From: Syntrophales bacterium
GTDB lineage: Bacteria > Desulfobacterota > Syntrophia > Syntrophales > UBA2185
Direction of reading: 5' to 3'
Length of the DNA: 38,504 nucleotides
Assembly: GCA_035515335.1 (NCBI GenBank)
Contig: DATJBN010000064.1
Location: 1 to 38,504, forward strand
In this document: in pieces, positions 26,855 to 36,900 of the stretch
How the letters are laid out: each line of letters begins with the position of its first letter
Position numbering within the stretch: the stretch's first letter is position 1
Program-made: the position numbers and the translations under genes
Notes under the pieces: model-generated
What the model was told of the DNA's origin: nothing
What the model saw: the letters and a program-made list of their open reading frames with translations, nothing else
The model's database searches: none

Positions 26855-28168
26855 TCAGCCGTAGATCATGATGCCTATAGGTATTGCGAAGAACAACGCT
26901 ATTGTTGTTGCGATAACATGCCCCCAAAAGATGTGCTTATAGGCGTTTGCGTGAACAAGACCGCAGACAGCCAGAACCGTGATGACAACGCCGTTGTGGG
27001 GCATAGCGTCGAAGGCCCCTGAGGACATCGAAGCGATCCTGTGGATCAGATCGGGGCTGAGGCCGAGGGCAAGGTACTTGGGAGCCATCGTCTCTAAGAT
27101 GATTCCGAGGCCGCCCGATGCGGACCCGGTGATTGCCGCCATGATGTTCGTTGCTACGGAAAGGGAGATGATGGGGTGCATGGGAAGCGTCAGCAGCCAC
27201 GCAGAGACAACTTTGAATCCTGTCGTTGCGGCGACGGCCATGCCGTAGCCCACGTCCGCGCAGGTGTTCACGATGGGAATAACCGTGTTCAGTGCGCCTT
27301 TATTCAGTGTATCGAGTATATTTTTGTAGTGGTTCCAGAAGAGGATGATGCAAGCCAGAACGCCTCCGGTCAGGGCGACAACGACATCCTTCTTGATGTA
27401 AGGAATGTTTACGTTGAGAAGCACGAGAACGATTACCGGGGGGATCAAGCTCAGCCAGACATTCGGCATCGGGCCTGATGCAGCGGCGCCTGCGCCGAGG
27501 ACGCCCGGTGCGGGCTCCTCGTATCTTTCGCCCTTCGCCTGGGCCTTCTTCAGGATGTAGCGGAAATAAAATATGTTAAAGGTTGCAACGATGACTGCCC
27601 CTGCCAGACCGACCAGAGGGGCCGAGGTCGGCGAAGAGGCCATGTATTTTGTGGGCATTATGTTCTGTATCTGGGGGGTGCCTGGGAGCATGGTCATGGT
27701 GAGGGAGGCCGCACCGAAGATGAAGGCCGCCATGAAGAGGTGCCACGGGAGATCCATCTCCTTGAAAAGGGGCCTGGCAATCGGAATAACGGCGAAGATG
27801 ACGACGAACAGGCTCACGCCGCCGTAGGTAAGGCAGAGAGCCACGATCGAAATCGACAGCATCATCCGCAGAGGACTCTCTTTCCCGATCACCTTGAGGA
27901 TACCGCCGGCGATGGAGCGGGCCGCCTGTCCGTCCTCCATGAATTTGCCGAACACGGAACCGGCGAGGAAGATCAGATAGAACCGTCCTGCATAATTGAC
28001 GAAGCCCTTCATGTAGGGTCCCGTCATCGTTTCCATGATGTTCATATTGGAAAAGATTGACACGATGACTACGGCGAGAGGGGCGATGATGATGATGTGC
28101 CAACCCCTCAGGGCCAGGATTACGATAAACGCCAGCGATATAATGATTCCAATAACACTCCAGTCCAT
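26855..28168 (-). CDS. GntP-family (COG2610-like) organic-acid permease
   Basis: A polytopic 437-aa protein whose C-terminal SGAFDAMPHNGVVITVLAVCGL motif resembles GntP / 3-hydroxybutyrate-type permeases. It is the first gene of the operon and has an AAAGGAGG RBS. Confidence 0.75.
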   Translation of the reverse strand: MDWSVIGIIISLAFIVILALRGWHIIIIAPLAVVIVSIFSNMNIMETMTGPYMKGFVNYAGRFYLIFLAGSVFGKFMEDGQAARSIAGGILKVIGKESPLRMMLSISIVALCLTYGGVSLFVVIFAVIPIARPLFKEMDLPWHLFMAAFIFGAASLTMTMLPGTPQIQNIMPTKYMASSPTSAPLVGLAGAVIVATFNIFYFRYILKKAQAKGERYEEPAPGVLGAGAAASGPMPNVWLSLIPPVIVLVLLNVNIPYIKKDVVVALTGGVLACIILFWNHYKNILDTLNKGALNTVIPIVNTCADVGYGMAVAATTGFKVVSAWLLTLPMHPIISLSVATNIMAAITGSASGGLGIILETMAPKYLALGLSPDLIHRIASMSSGAFDAMPHNGVVITVLAVCGLVHANAYKHIFWGHVIATTIALFFAIPIGIMIYG

Positions 28169-28256
28169 TTAACTGCCTCCTTTCGATTATGTTGTTAATG
28201 GATTTCCTTCACTCCGGATATGGAGATAGAATACCTGGTGCAAGAAATAAATGGGG

Positions 28257-28288
28257 GGAAGACCCTATTTAGAGGGCGGAAGACCCTA
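28257..28288 (-). promoter_or_regulatory. Two exact 11-nt direct repeats (minus strand TAGGGTCTTCC) 21 nt apart, overlapping a TTGAAA-N18-TAAATA promoter candidate of the BKACE operon
   Basis: Repeat copies at 28257-28267 and 28278-28288. The -10 is at 28266-28271 and the -35 at 28290-28295. Confidence 0.35.
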
Positions 28289-28325
28289 CTTTCAATGTCT
28301 TGTCAGTTGCGGTCCCTTCGCGTTA

Positions 28326-28445
28326 TGTCATTCCGCGTGAGCCGAAGCCCTGAACGAAGTGAAGGGACTGGCGAGGAATCTTGTTATTGCGGTCCGGGCA
28401 GGCTCCGTGAGAAATCTGGATTCCTCACATTTGTTCGGAATGACA
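28326..28445. repeat. 120-nt nested inverted-repeat element (outer arms TGTCATTCCG / CGGAATGACA, inner arms GAGGAATC / GATTCCTC)
   Basis: Arms at 28326-28335 and 28436-28445, and at 28373-28380 and 28419-28426. The right arm recurs at 38311-38334. Confidence 0.6.
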
Positions 28446-28517
28446 GAGGGGTGGATGAAGGTGGGAAGGGTTGAGGGCGGCGGAATATATGACTACATAC
28501 TTAGTACGACAACTTAC

Positions 28518-28724
28518 TTAAGGCGCTTTGTCTTTCTTTTTCCACAGGCCGCGCCACCAGAAGGTCGGCTTGACCTGACGACTCGATATAAGGATCAGCA
28601 CCAGGGCGAAAGCAGCTGCCGCCACCCATGCATATCCATAATCATCCCATACACCCATGACGTACGGAACGACAAGGGCCAGGATGAATATCAATCCCCA
28701 AAGCAACTTCAGATTTTTTTTCAT
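28518..28724 (-). CDS. Small two-TM membrane protein (68 aa), last gene of the signalling operon
   Basis: It has two hydrophobic helices and basic termini. It lies 44 nt downstream of the response regulator. Confidence 0.5.
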   Translation of the reverse strand: MKKNLKLLWGLIFILALVVPYVMGVWDDYGYAWVAAAAFALVLILISSRQVKPTFWWRGLWKKKDKAP

Positions 28725-28768
28725 CTATCTTACACCGTGACCGGAAATCTGGAAGTTCTCCTCTTGGA

Positions 28769-29437
28769 TCAGTCCTCCCAGAGATCGGGATCGACCACGC
28801 CGATCTTGATGGCATACTTGAGAAGTTCCATGCGGTCGTGAATACCCAGTTTGTTCATCAGGGCCGTGCGGTGTTTATCCACAGTCTTTGCGCTCACACA
28901 GAGGATGTCTGCGATCCGGTTTGTGGAATGGCCCTGGGCTACAAGACGAAATACCTGTTGTTCCCTTTCTGTGAGAAGATCATAGCCGCGGAGCGATGTA
29001 GCCGCCGGCCGCGCCTTCAGGTACTGCCCGATCACCTCTGCCTTGAGCCGTGAGCTCAAGAAATACTCGCCCCTGTGCGCAGAGCGGATTGCTTCGAGTA
29101 TGTCCGTACTCGGTGACGCCTTGAGAACGTATCCCAGGGCACCGGAAGCCAGCACCTGCTGCACGTACGTCTCCTTGGCATGCATGGAAAGCACGACGAC
29201 CTGCGTCTCCGGAGACGCTTCGCGGATCAGGGCTATGACCTCGAGGCCGGAGAGACGCGGCATGGCGATGTCGAGAAGGGTTACATCGGGGTGGAGCGAC
29301 TTTACCTTCTTTAAGGCCTCCTGGCCGTCTTCCGCTTCCGCCGCCACCTCCATATCCGGCTGGCCGTTCAGGAGCTGCCGCAATCCGTCACGGACGATCG
29401 CGTGGTCGTCGGCGATCATGATTCTGATCTTCTTCAT
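28769..29437 (-). CDS. NarL/LuxR-family response regulator (REC + HTH_LuxR)
   Basis: IADDH, LLDIAMP, and LTEREQQVFRLVAQGHSTNRIADILCVSAKTVDKHR. Its ATG overlaps the kinase stop (ATGA). Confidence 0.9.
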   Translation of the reverse strand: MKKIRIMIADDHAIVRDGLRQLLNGQPDMEVAAEAEDGQEALKKVKSLHPDVTLLDIAMPRLSGLEVIALIREASPETQVVVLSMHAKETYVQQVLASGALGYVLKASPSTDILEAIRSAHRGEYFLSSRLKAEVIGQYLKARPAATSLRGYDLLTEREQQVFRLVAQGHSTNRIADILCVSAKTVDKHRTALMNKLGIHDRMELLKYAIKIGVVDPDLWED

Positions 29438-30897
29438 TCTTCTCTCGCCCCTACGGGGATCTCCGCTCGTATCGTCATGCCCTTGCCCGGAGCGGATGCA
29501 ATATCTATCGAGCCGCCGAGCGAAGCGACCCTCTCTTTCATACTGAGGAGTCCGATTCCTCCCGGTGACTTCCTTCCCGGAGCCCCGTGTTTTGAAAGAT
29601 CATGGCCCATCCCATTGTCCCTGACGACGAAGATGACGCGGGGATGACTGTATGTAAGCATAATCTCAACACGCGTTGCATTCGCATGCTTGGAGATATT
29701 CGTCATGCACTCCTGAAAAAGCCTGTACAGAACAAGTTCGATTTTCGGGTTCAGCCTTTTCTTCAGGCCGAGTGTCTGAAAATCGACCTCCGTCTCCGTG
29801 CGCCTTGATGTGAAGTCGTGGATCGACCATTCCAGTGCGGGCACGAGGCCCAGGTGGTCGAGGAGATCTGGACGTAGATAGGACGTGGTCTTCCGCACAC
29901 TGTCTGCAAGGCACTCCACTTTCTTGATGAGGCTCTGTGTCTTCGTCTTCTGTTCCTCAAATTCCCGCGGAATTGAACGTTCCAGCGATTCGAGGTCAAA
30001 ATGGAGTGAGGTAAGAGACTGGCCGAATTCATCATGGAGGTCTGCGGCAAGCCTTTTTTTCTCGTCTTCGCTCACGTCGATGAGACGCCTGGAAAGGTTC
30101 CGAATCTCCTCTTCGGCTTTCACGCTCTGGGTAATATCGATAAGGTTTCCCACGACCGCCGCCCTTCCCATGTACGTCGCGTGGGTTGCCCTCAGATCGA
30201 CCCATATCATCGTGCCGTCCTTCTTGATGCCGCGAAAGATGTAACGCGCCGGTGAAAACTCCGCCTTCTCACGTCTCAGGCCCCTTTCCTTCACAAGTGC
30301 CCGGTCAATGGGATGGACGACCTCCCAGAAGGGCTTTCCCACAACTTCCTCTGGTCCTTCATATCCCAGCATCTCGGCAAATCGGTGATTGACGAATTGG
30401 AAGAGACCGCCCTGGTGGATGAAGATGGCGGAGAGGGAATTCTCCACGACGGTGCGGTATTTCTCTTCCGAATCATGCAGGGCGCTCTCGGTTCTCTTCC
30501 TGTCCGTCACGTTGATCACGAATCCCTCGTAGCCCTCCACGCTGCCGTTCCCGCCTTTGCGTATGGTGGAAGTGATGCTCACGTCAATGATTGTACCGTC
30601 CTTCTTGCGAAACCGCGTCTCAAAATCCTGGACGGATCCAGTTCGCTCGATCATCTCCAGAAATCGCGGCCGGTCCTGGGGATTGGCATAGATGTGAAGG
30701 GCTGATTTGAGGCCGAGGATGTCTTCAGGGGAGTCATAGCCGAGCATCCTTGCGCCGGCGATATTTACATCCAGTATGACGCCATCGACATCTGTGAGAT
30801 ACACCATGGCCGGCGAATGCTCAAATATATGGCGGAAACGCTGTTTAAAATCGCGCGTGGTTTTCTTATTGATTATTTTTTTTACCTGTTTCGTCAT
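29434..30897 (-). CDS. Soluble PAS-PAS sensor histidine kinase (HisKA_3 / NarX-type)
   Basis: Two PAS modules, the H-box DLHDEFGQSLTSL, and HATPase motifs (DNGMG, GGIGLLSMKER). No TM segments are present. Confidence 0.9.
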   Translation of the reverse strand: MTKQVKKIINKKTTRDFKQRFRHIFEHSPAMVYLTDVDGVILDVNIAGARMLGYDSPEDILGLKSALHIYANPQDRPRFLEMIERTGSVQDFETRFRKKDGTIIDVSITSTIRKGGNGSVEGYEGFVINVTDRKRTESALHDSEEKYRTVVENSLSAIFIHQGGLFQFVNHRFAEMLGYEGPEEVVGKPFWEVVHPIDRALVKERGLRREKAEFSPARYIFRGIKKDGTMIWVDLRATHATYMGRAAVVGNLIDITQSVKAEEEIRNLSRRLIDVSEDEKKRLAADLHDEFGQSLTSLHFDLESLERSIPREFEEQKTKTQSLIKKVECLADSVRKTTSYLRPDLLDHLGLVPALEWSIHDFTSRRTETEVDFQTLGLKKRLNPKIELVLYRLFQECMTNISKHANATRVEIMLTYSHPRVIFVVRDNGMGHDLSKHGAPGRKSPGGIGLLSMKERVASLGGSIDIASAPGKGMTIRAEIPVGAREE

Positions 30898-30951
30898 TTT
30901 TTTGTATCACATATGGAATAACGCGTCTCTCGACATCTTCTCCGAGATTCA

Positions 30952-33900
30952 TCACTGGTGATTCCTCTTTACGGGTAATGAAAAGTAGAATGTTGCGCCT
31001 TCGTTGGGCTTGCCTTCTGCCCAGGCGCGGCCTCCGTGGCGCTGGACGATACGCTGGACAGTTGCCAGGCCGACGCCCGTGCCTTCAAACTCGTCGACTT
31101 TATGAAGACGCTGGAAGATGCCGTACAGCTTGTCGTAGTACTCCATCTCAAAGCCGGCGCCGTTGTCCTTGATGTAATAAACGTTCTCGTCCCCTTCGAC
31201 GTAGCCGCCCACTTCGATGAGCGCCGTCTCGCGGTACTTCGTGAACTTGGCGGCGTTGGAAAGGAGGTTGGAATAGACCTGCCTGATGAGTGTTGCATCA
31301 CCGTAACCGACAGGCAAGCTGCCGACCGCGAGCTTGATGTTCCTCTCCGGGTTGATGGTCTCGATCTCTTTCCATGCGTCCTTGACAATGGCGTCCATGT
31401 CCAGCTTCGATGCAGAGAGCTGTTTTTTCACTACCCGCGACAGCGTCAGTATATCGTTGATGAGCTGGCCCATCGTCTGTGCATTCGACCTGATTGCATT
31501 GAATTTCCGCGTTGTCTCCGCGTCGAACTTATCACCCTCCTTGTTCATGATCAGGCGCGCATAACCGTCGATCGCGCGAAGCGGCGCGCGCAGGTCATGG
31601 GATACGGAGTAGCTGAAACTCTCAAGTTCTTTGTTCGCCGCCTCCATCTCAGCAGTGCGTTCCTTGACCAGATCTTCGAGGTGATCACGATATTTGACGA
31701 GCTCCGCGTCAATCCGTTTGCGCTCTGTCACGTCGCGTGCGGCGGCAAATACACCCTGAACTTGTCCCTGTGCGTCGCGATAAACCGTCGCGTTATAGAG
31801 AACGTCTGTCGTGCTTCCTGATGCATGGCGGATCGTCAGCGGGTAGTCCCGGATCTGGCCATCGCCGAGGATTTTTCTGTACCCTGCCTGCGCGGCATCA
31901 GGATCAGTGAAGTAGTCGGAAAAGTCCGTCCCGATTAGTTTCTGCCGACTCCAGCCCGTAACCTGCTCTGTCGATTCGTTCACGTCCGTGATCTTTCCTT
32001 CCGGACTGATCGTGACGAGAGGATCGAGGCTTGCTTCGATAAGGCTTCGCGAATACAGCGATGCGGCCCTGAGCTCCGCGGTCCTCTCGCTCACCCGCTG
32101 CTCCAGTTCTTGATTGAGGCGCCGCAACGCCGCCTCGGCCGCCCGGCGTTCGGTGACATCGGTCAGGATTAGGGCCAGCCGGCCGGGGGCCGGACGGTAG
32201 GCGGCGGCATCGAAGTACCTGCCGGTGGCCGGCAGGAGGATTTCGCCGTGGAAGGGCTCGCCGGTGGCGAGGACCTTCTCGTAGATGTCGAACACAGGGT
32301 TCCTGCCGGCGCGCGGAAAGACCTCCGAGTACCGTTTGCCGACCATCTCGTCGACGCGCTTTCCCAGGTGCCGATTCACCGCCGCGTTGACCGCTAGGTA
32401 CTTGAAGTCGACCAACTGCCCAGGGTCGTCGAAGATCGGCTCGATCAGCAGTGCCGCCTCGTTGAGATTCTCAAAGAGGGATCGGTAGCGCTCCTCGCTT
32501 TCCCGCACAGCTTCCTCTGCCTGTCGCAGCTTTGTGGAATCGAAGTAATAACAGATGATGCCATACTGCCCGTCCGGAAGCATCATGCGGTGGAGTTCCC
32601 ACTCGTAAGATTCGACGATTGCAGCGTCGGCGCGCGGGTTGATGAAGGGCGGCGAATAGTACGGCTCGCCGGTTTCAAGTGTATGGCGGAAATGGCCGAT
32701 TATTTCCGCGGCAACATGCTCCGGCCAGAGAATGTGCATAGCTTCGGAAAAATCACGGCCTATAACGGGTTGCACATTCCGGAATGCTCCGTTCTGTGAA
32801 CCGATATTCATCTGGGCGATGCGGAATTTAGAATCAACGATATAGATGCCGAACGGGGCGCGTTCTACCAATTCAGAGAACGTCTTCTGACTCTGGCTTA
32901 CCCGCTCCTCGGCCCGTTTACGCTCGGTGATATCCACGTGATACCACAAAAGCCCGTATGATCTTTCATCCACATGTATCGGTACGAAATCCCGGAGTGC
33001 TGTCCGCCCGTCCCGCATGGCAATTTCCTCGCCTGTGACTGGCTGCCCCGCTCGAGCGATTTTCCAGATGCGTTCTACCTGCTCGTCGGGGTTGAAGTAA
33101 GCATTCTTGATTTTGTCGATCATCTCACTTGCGGTGATGCCTACGAGGTCTGCAGGCGTGTCCTGCAATCCAAAATAGTCGCATAATGCCTGATTGGTAA
33201 ATGCGATTCTCCCCTTATTGTCGACGAGCACGATAGAGTTGTGTATGCTGGCAACAAGTGTGTTCAAGCGCTGCATAGTTGTTTGCAGCTCTCTCTCCGC
33301 CTGCTTGCGCTCGGTGATGTCGTGAGAGATGGAACCAACGCCGTACATTTGGCCATCAGCATCTACGAGCGGAAACTTATTCGCCAGGAAGATATGGTGG
33401 CCATCCAAGAGGTCAGCCACTTCCTCTATCTGAATGGCCTTGCCCGTCGCTATCACCTCTTTATCATGTGCACGCCAATAGTCGGCGACTTCCTTTGGGG
33501 CAATGTCGTAGTCGGTCTTGCCTTTTATTTCTTCCCGCGAGATTCTAAGCATTTTTTCCAGCGTGGCGTTGATGGTGATGAACTTCCCGTCATTGTCCTT
33601 AAGGAAGATCGGGGAAGTGCTGCCGTCGATAACGTCCTGCAGGAGTCGCTCCCTTGCCTGCAGTGCCGCCTCTGCCTGCTTGCGCTCAGTGATGTCGCGG
33701 CCGTAAATGTTGGCGTAGCTTTCGCCGGGGGCCGGTATCACCGTAACAGAGTAAAAGCGTCCGCCAATTTTTGCCTCGTTCTCCACCTCATGGCCTTCGG
33801 TCACGGCCTTTTTGAAAACAGAGAGTACCGGCTCATGCGGCTCTTCGCCGACCTCGCACTGCCATTCATGCAGCACCTTTGAAGCGGGATTGCAGTAGAG

Positions 33901-36900
33901 GACTTTTCCGTCTTTCGAAACACGCATGACCGGGTTCGGGTTTTCTTCCGGGAACCTTGCCAGCCACTCGGAACGAGCATGTTCTTCTCGCAGGGATATC
34001 TCTGCTCGCTTGCGCAGGAGAACCTGGAAGATCGCAGGGGTCAGCACTTCGATAGTACGCTGCTGCTCCGCAGTGTATCCGCCCTCGCGGTTACCGAGAG
34101 CGACCATGCCAACGGTTTTTCCATTTTGAATGAACGGTACGCCAAGAAACGCAGTCAAAGGCGGGTGGCCTTCCGGAAGACCTATGCTGTCCGCATGTTT
34201 GGAAGGTTCATTGACGATAAGGCTCTTACCATCCGTAAGCACTCGGCCATAAATGCCGTGGACCTTGCAATCGCCCGGCGGTCTGCGATGGCCGGTCTTG
34301 TCATACATTGCACACGCTTCCCAGCCGGGGTTGCTGATTGCTATGTCATGCAAGTATCCGTCGCGGCCGATCTCGCCTATGAAGCCGATCTTGCTGCCCG
34401 TCAATGCTTCCGCGATTGCGAGGCAACGCTCGCCGAGCTCCTCTTCCGTGTTGCTGACAATGACCTCCTGGAAGATGCGGCTCATGGCCCTCTGAACACT
34501 GTTCTGGAGGCGGATCTCCTCCTCAGTCCGCCTCCGTTCCGTAATATCACGGAAGAGGATGGTCAGGTTCTCAGGACCGGGGTAGGCGTGGACTTCCAGT
34601 ATTGCGCCGGAAATGATGGAAGGGGTTTCGAAGTGGACGGGTTCACCTGTCTCCATCGCATGTTTGTATTCGCTCTCAATGACGCTGCCACGTATGGTGG
34701 GAAAGAGATCGAATAACGAGTGACCAATTAGTTCGTCCCGTGTTTTTCCCATATGGCGCAGCGTGTCGTCATTGACATGGACCAGTTGCCAGTCTCTGTT
34801 CAGGACATAGAATCCGTCCGCGATACTATCCACTATGAAGCCCAGACGGCGCTGTTCCTCCTCAAGCTCTGCCGTCCGCTCTTCGACGAGATCCTCAAGG
34901 TGCTCTCGATGCCGGGCCAGCTCCTCTTCAATCAGATTTCGTTCCGTGACGTCACGTGCCGCCGCGAATACGCCCTGCACTTCGCCCTGCGCACTGCGGT
35001 AGACTGTTGCGTTATACAGCACATCTGTTTCTTTTCCTGACGCGCCGCGAATTGTCAGGGGATAATCATGGACCTGGCCTTCGGCAAGAACCCTTCTGTA
35101 GCCTGCTTGCGCTGCATCGGGATCAGTAAAGTAATCGGAAAACTCAGTTCCGATCAGTTCACCGCGGGTCCGGCCGGTTATGTGTTCCGTCGCGTCGTTA
35201 ACGTCGGTGATTTTTCCTTCGGGGCTGATCGTGACCAGCGGGTCGAGACTCGCTTCGATTAGGCTTCGTGCATACAGAGACGCGGCTCGCAACTCGACCG
35301 TCCGCTCCTGGACACGCTCCTCAAGCTCATCCTTCGCCGTCTGAAGCGCCGCCTGCGCCCGCTTGAGATCGTCCACATCAACGAAGGTGAGGACGACACC
35401 TTCGATATAATCGTCCTGCGTGCGGTAGGGCGTGATGCACCTGATGTACCACCTGCCGTCTTCTGCCTGCACCTCTGCGGAAATAGGCGTGAGATGCACC
35501 AGCACACGACGGGCATCGCCGAGAAGTGCGTCGTCGCTGAATCTGCGCAACACATCCCCTATGTGCCTGCCCGCGTCGGAAGCGATGAGTGAGAAAAGGT
35601 TTGTCACTGCGGGAGTGAAACGCTTTATCCTCAGGTTCTTGTCCAAAAATACAGTTGCGATATTCGTGCTGGAAAGAAGGTTCACCACATCGTTGTTGAT
35701 GTTTTCCAGTTCATCGACCTTCTCTTGAAGACGTGTGTTGATTGTATTGAGTTCTTCATTCAGTGATTGAAGCTCTTCCTTCGATGTCTCCAGTTCCTCG
35801 TTTGCGGACTGCAGTTCCTCATTTGCCGCGGTCACTTCTTCATTTAAGGCCTTAAGCTCGTCATTGGAGTTCTCCAGTTGTTCGATGGTGCTCTGAAGTT
35901 CCTCGCGCGTAATCTTCAGCTCATCCATCAATTGCTGTGTGTCGCTTACCTCCGCAATCCTGCGACCCGACTTCACCACTGGAACGCGGTAGTCCTCAAA
36001 AGTAATCAGCAGCAGGCCGTCTATCTCACGCGGGTAGCGGAGCGGGCTTACGATCGCCTTTACATGCACTGACTTGTCCCCCCTTCGCACGCGGGCAGTG
36101 ACGGCAACGGCCTTGTTGGATTCGAGGCACTTGCCGATAGCGCCGCGCAGGCGCGCCCGCAGGCCTTCTCTGGCCATATCCACGATGCGCGTGGTCAGTT
36201 CACCGGTGGGGAAGGTCATGTAGTCCTCCACGCGCCCATGCACGTAAAGGACGTGGAGCTTGCGGTCGATCATGACACAGGCGGGGACGAAACGGTCAAG
36301 AAGCATGTGCTGTGCGCCTGACGTTAGACTCATACGGGACGGCTGCGTCGCAATCGGCGGTTTTATGGCTGTCTGGTCGGGTTCGGTGGAAACGCGCACC
36401 GGGATTTCGATTCCCACACGGTGGCCGACGCCGATGCGCCGATAGATCCGCCACTTCTTTGCGACCGGTTCGAAGATGTCCTCCCGGTCTCCCACGTTCT
36501 CCGCTGTACCGAGAAAGAGAAATCCTCCCTCGCGTAGCGAAAAATGAAAAAGGTCGATGATCTTCTTCTGCACCTGCTGATCCAGATAGATGAGGAGATT
36601 ACGACAGCTGATTAAATCGAGTCTGGAAAAGGGCGGATGGGCGGTGATGTTTTGCGGGGCGAAAACGATCCACTCCCGTATGTCCTTGACGACCTGATAG
36701 TGTCCGTCCTTGCGAAGAAAGAATCTTCTCAGCCGTGCAGGCGAGATGTTTTCACCCATGTCTTCCTTGGGGTATATTCCGCTCCGTGCCGTTGCAAGCG
36801 CGGTAACATCGGAGTCTGTCGCAAAGATCTGCACGCTCAATTTCTTGCCGGATTTCTCGACCTCCTCGGTGAGCAGCATGGCGAGGCTATATGCTTCTTT

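Noticed and set aside
28220-28841. ORFs 28220-28474 and 28359-28841 lie in the intergenic region.
   Set aside because: They are translations of the inverted-repeat element (MSFRVSRSPERSEG...) and run antisense into the 28518-28724 and response-regulator genes. They have no RBS.
31036-34716. Long plus-strand ORFs (31036-31821, 33241-33882, 33979-34716 and others) lie antisense to the giant kinase gene. Similar antisense ORFs cover acs (1233-2084, 2610-3332), the SpeE-like gene, the Cache gene (13475-14167) and pilT.
   Set aside because: They fully overlap strongly supported genes on the opposite strand. They have Arg/Ser/Pro-rich low-complexity translations, no recognisable motifs and no RBS. 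These are typical shadow ORFs.
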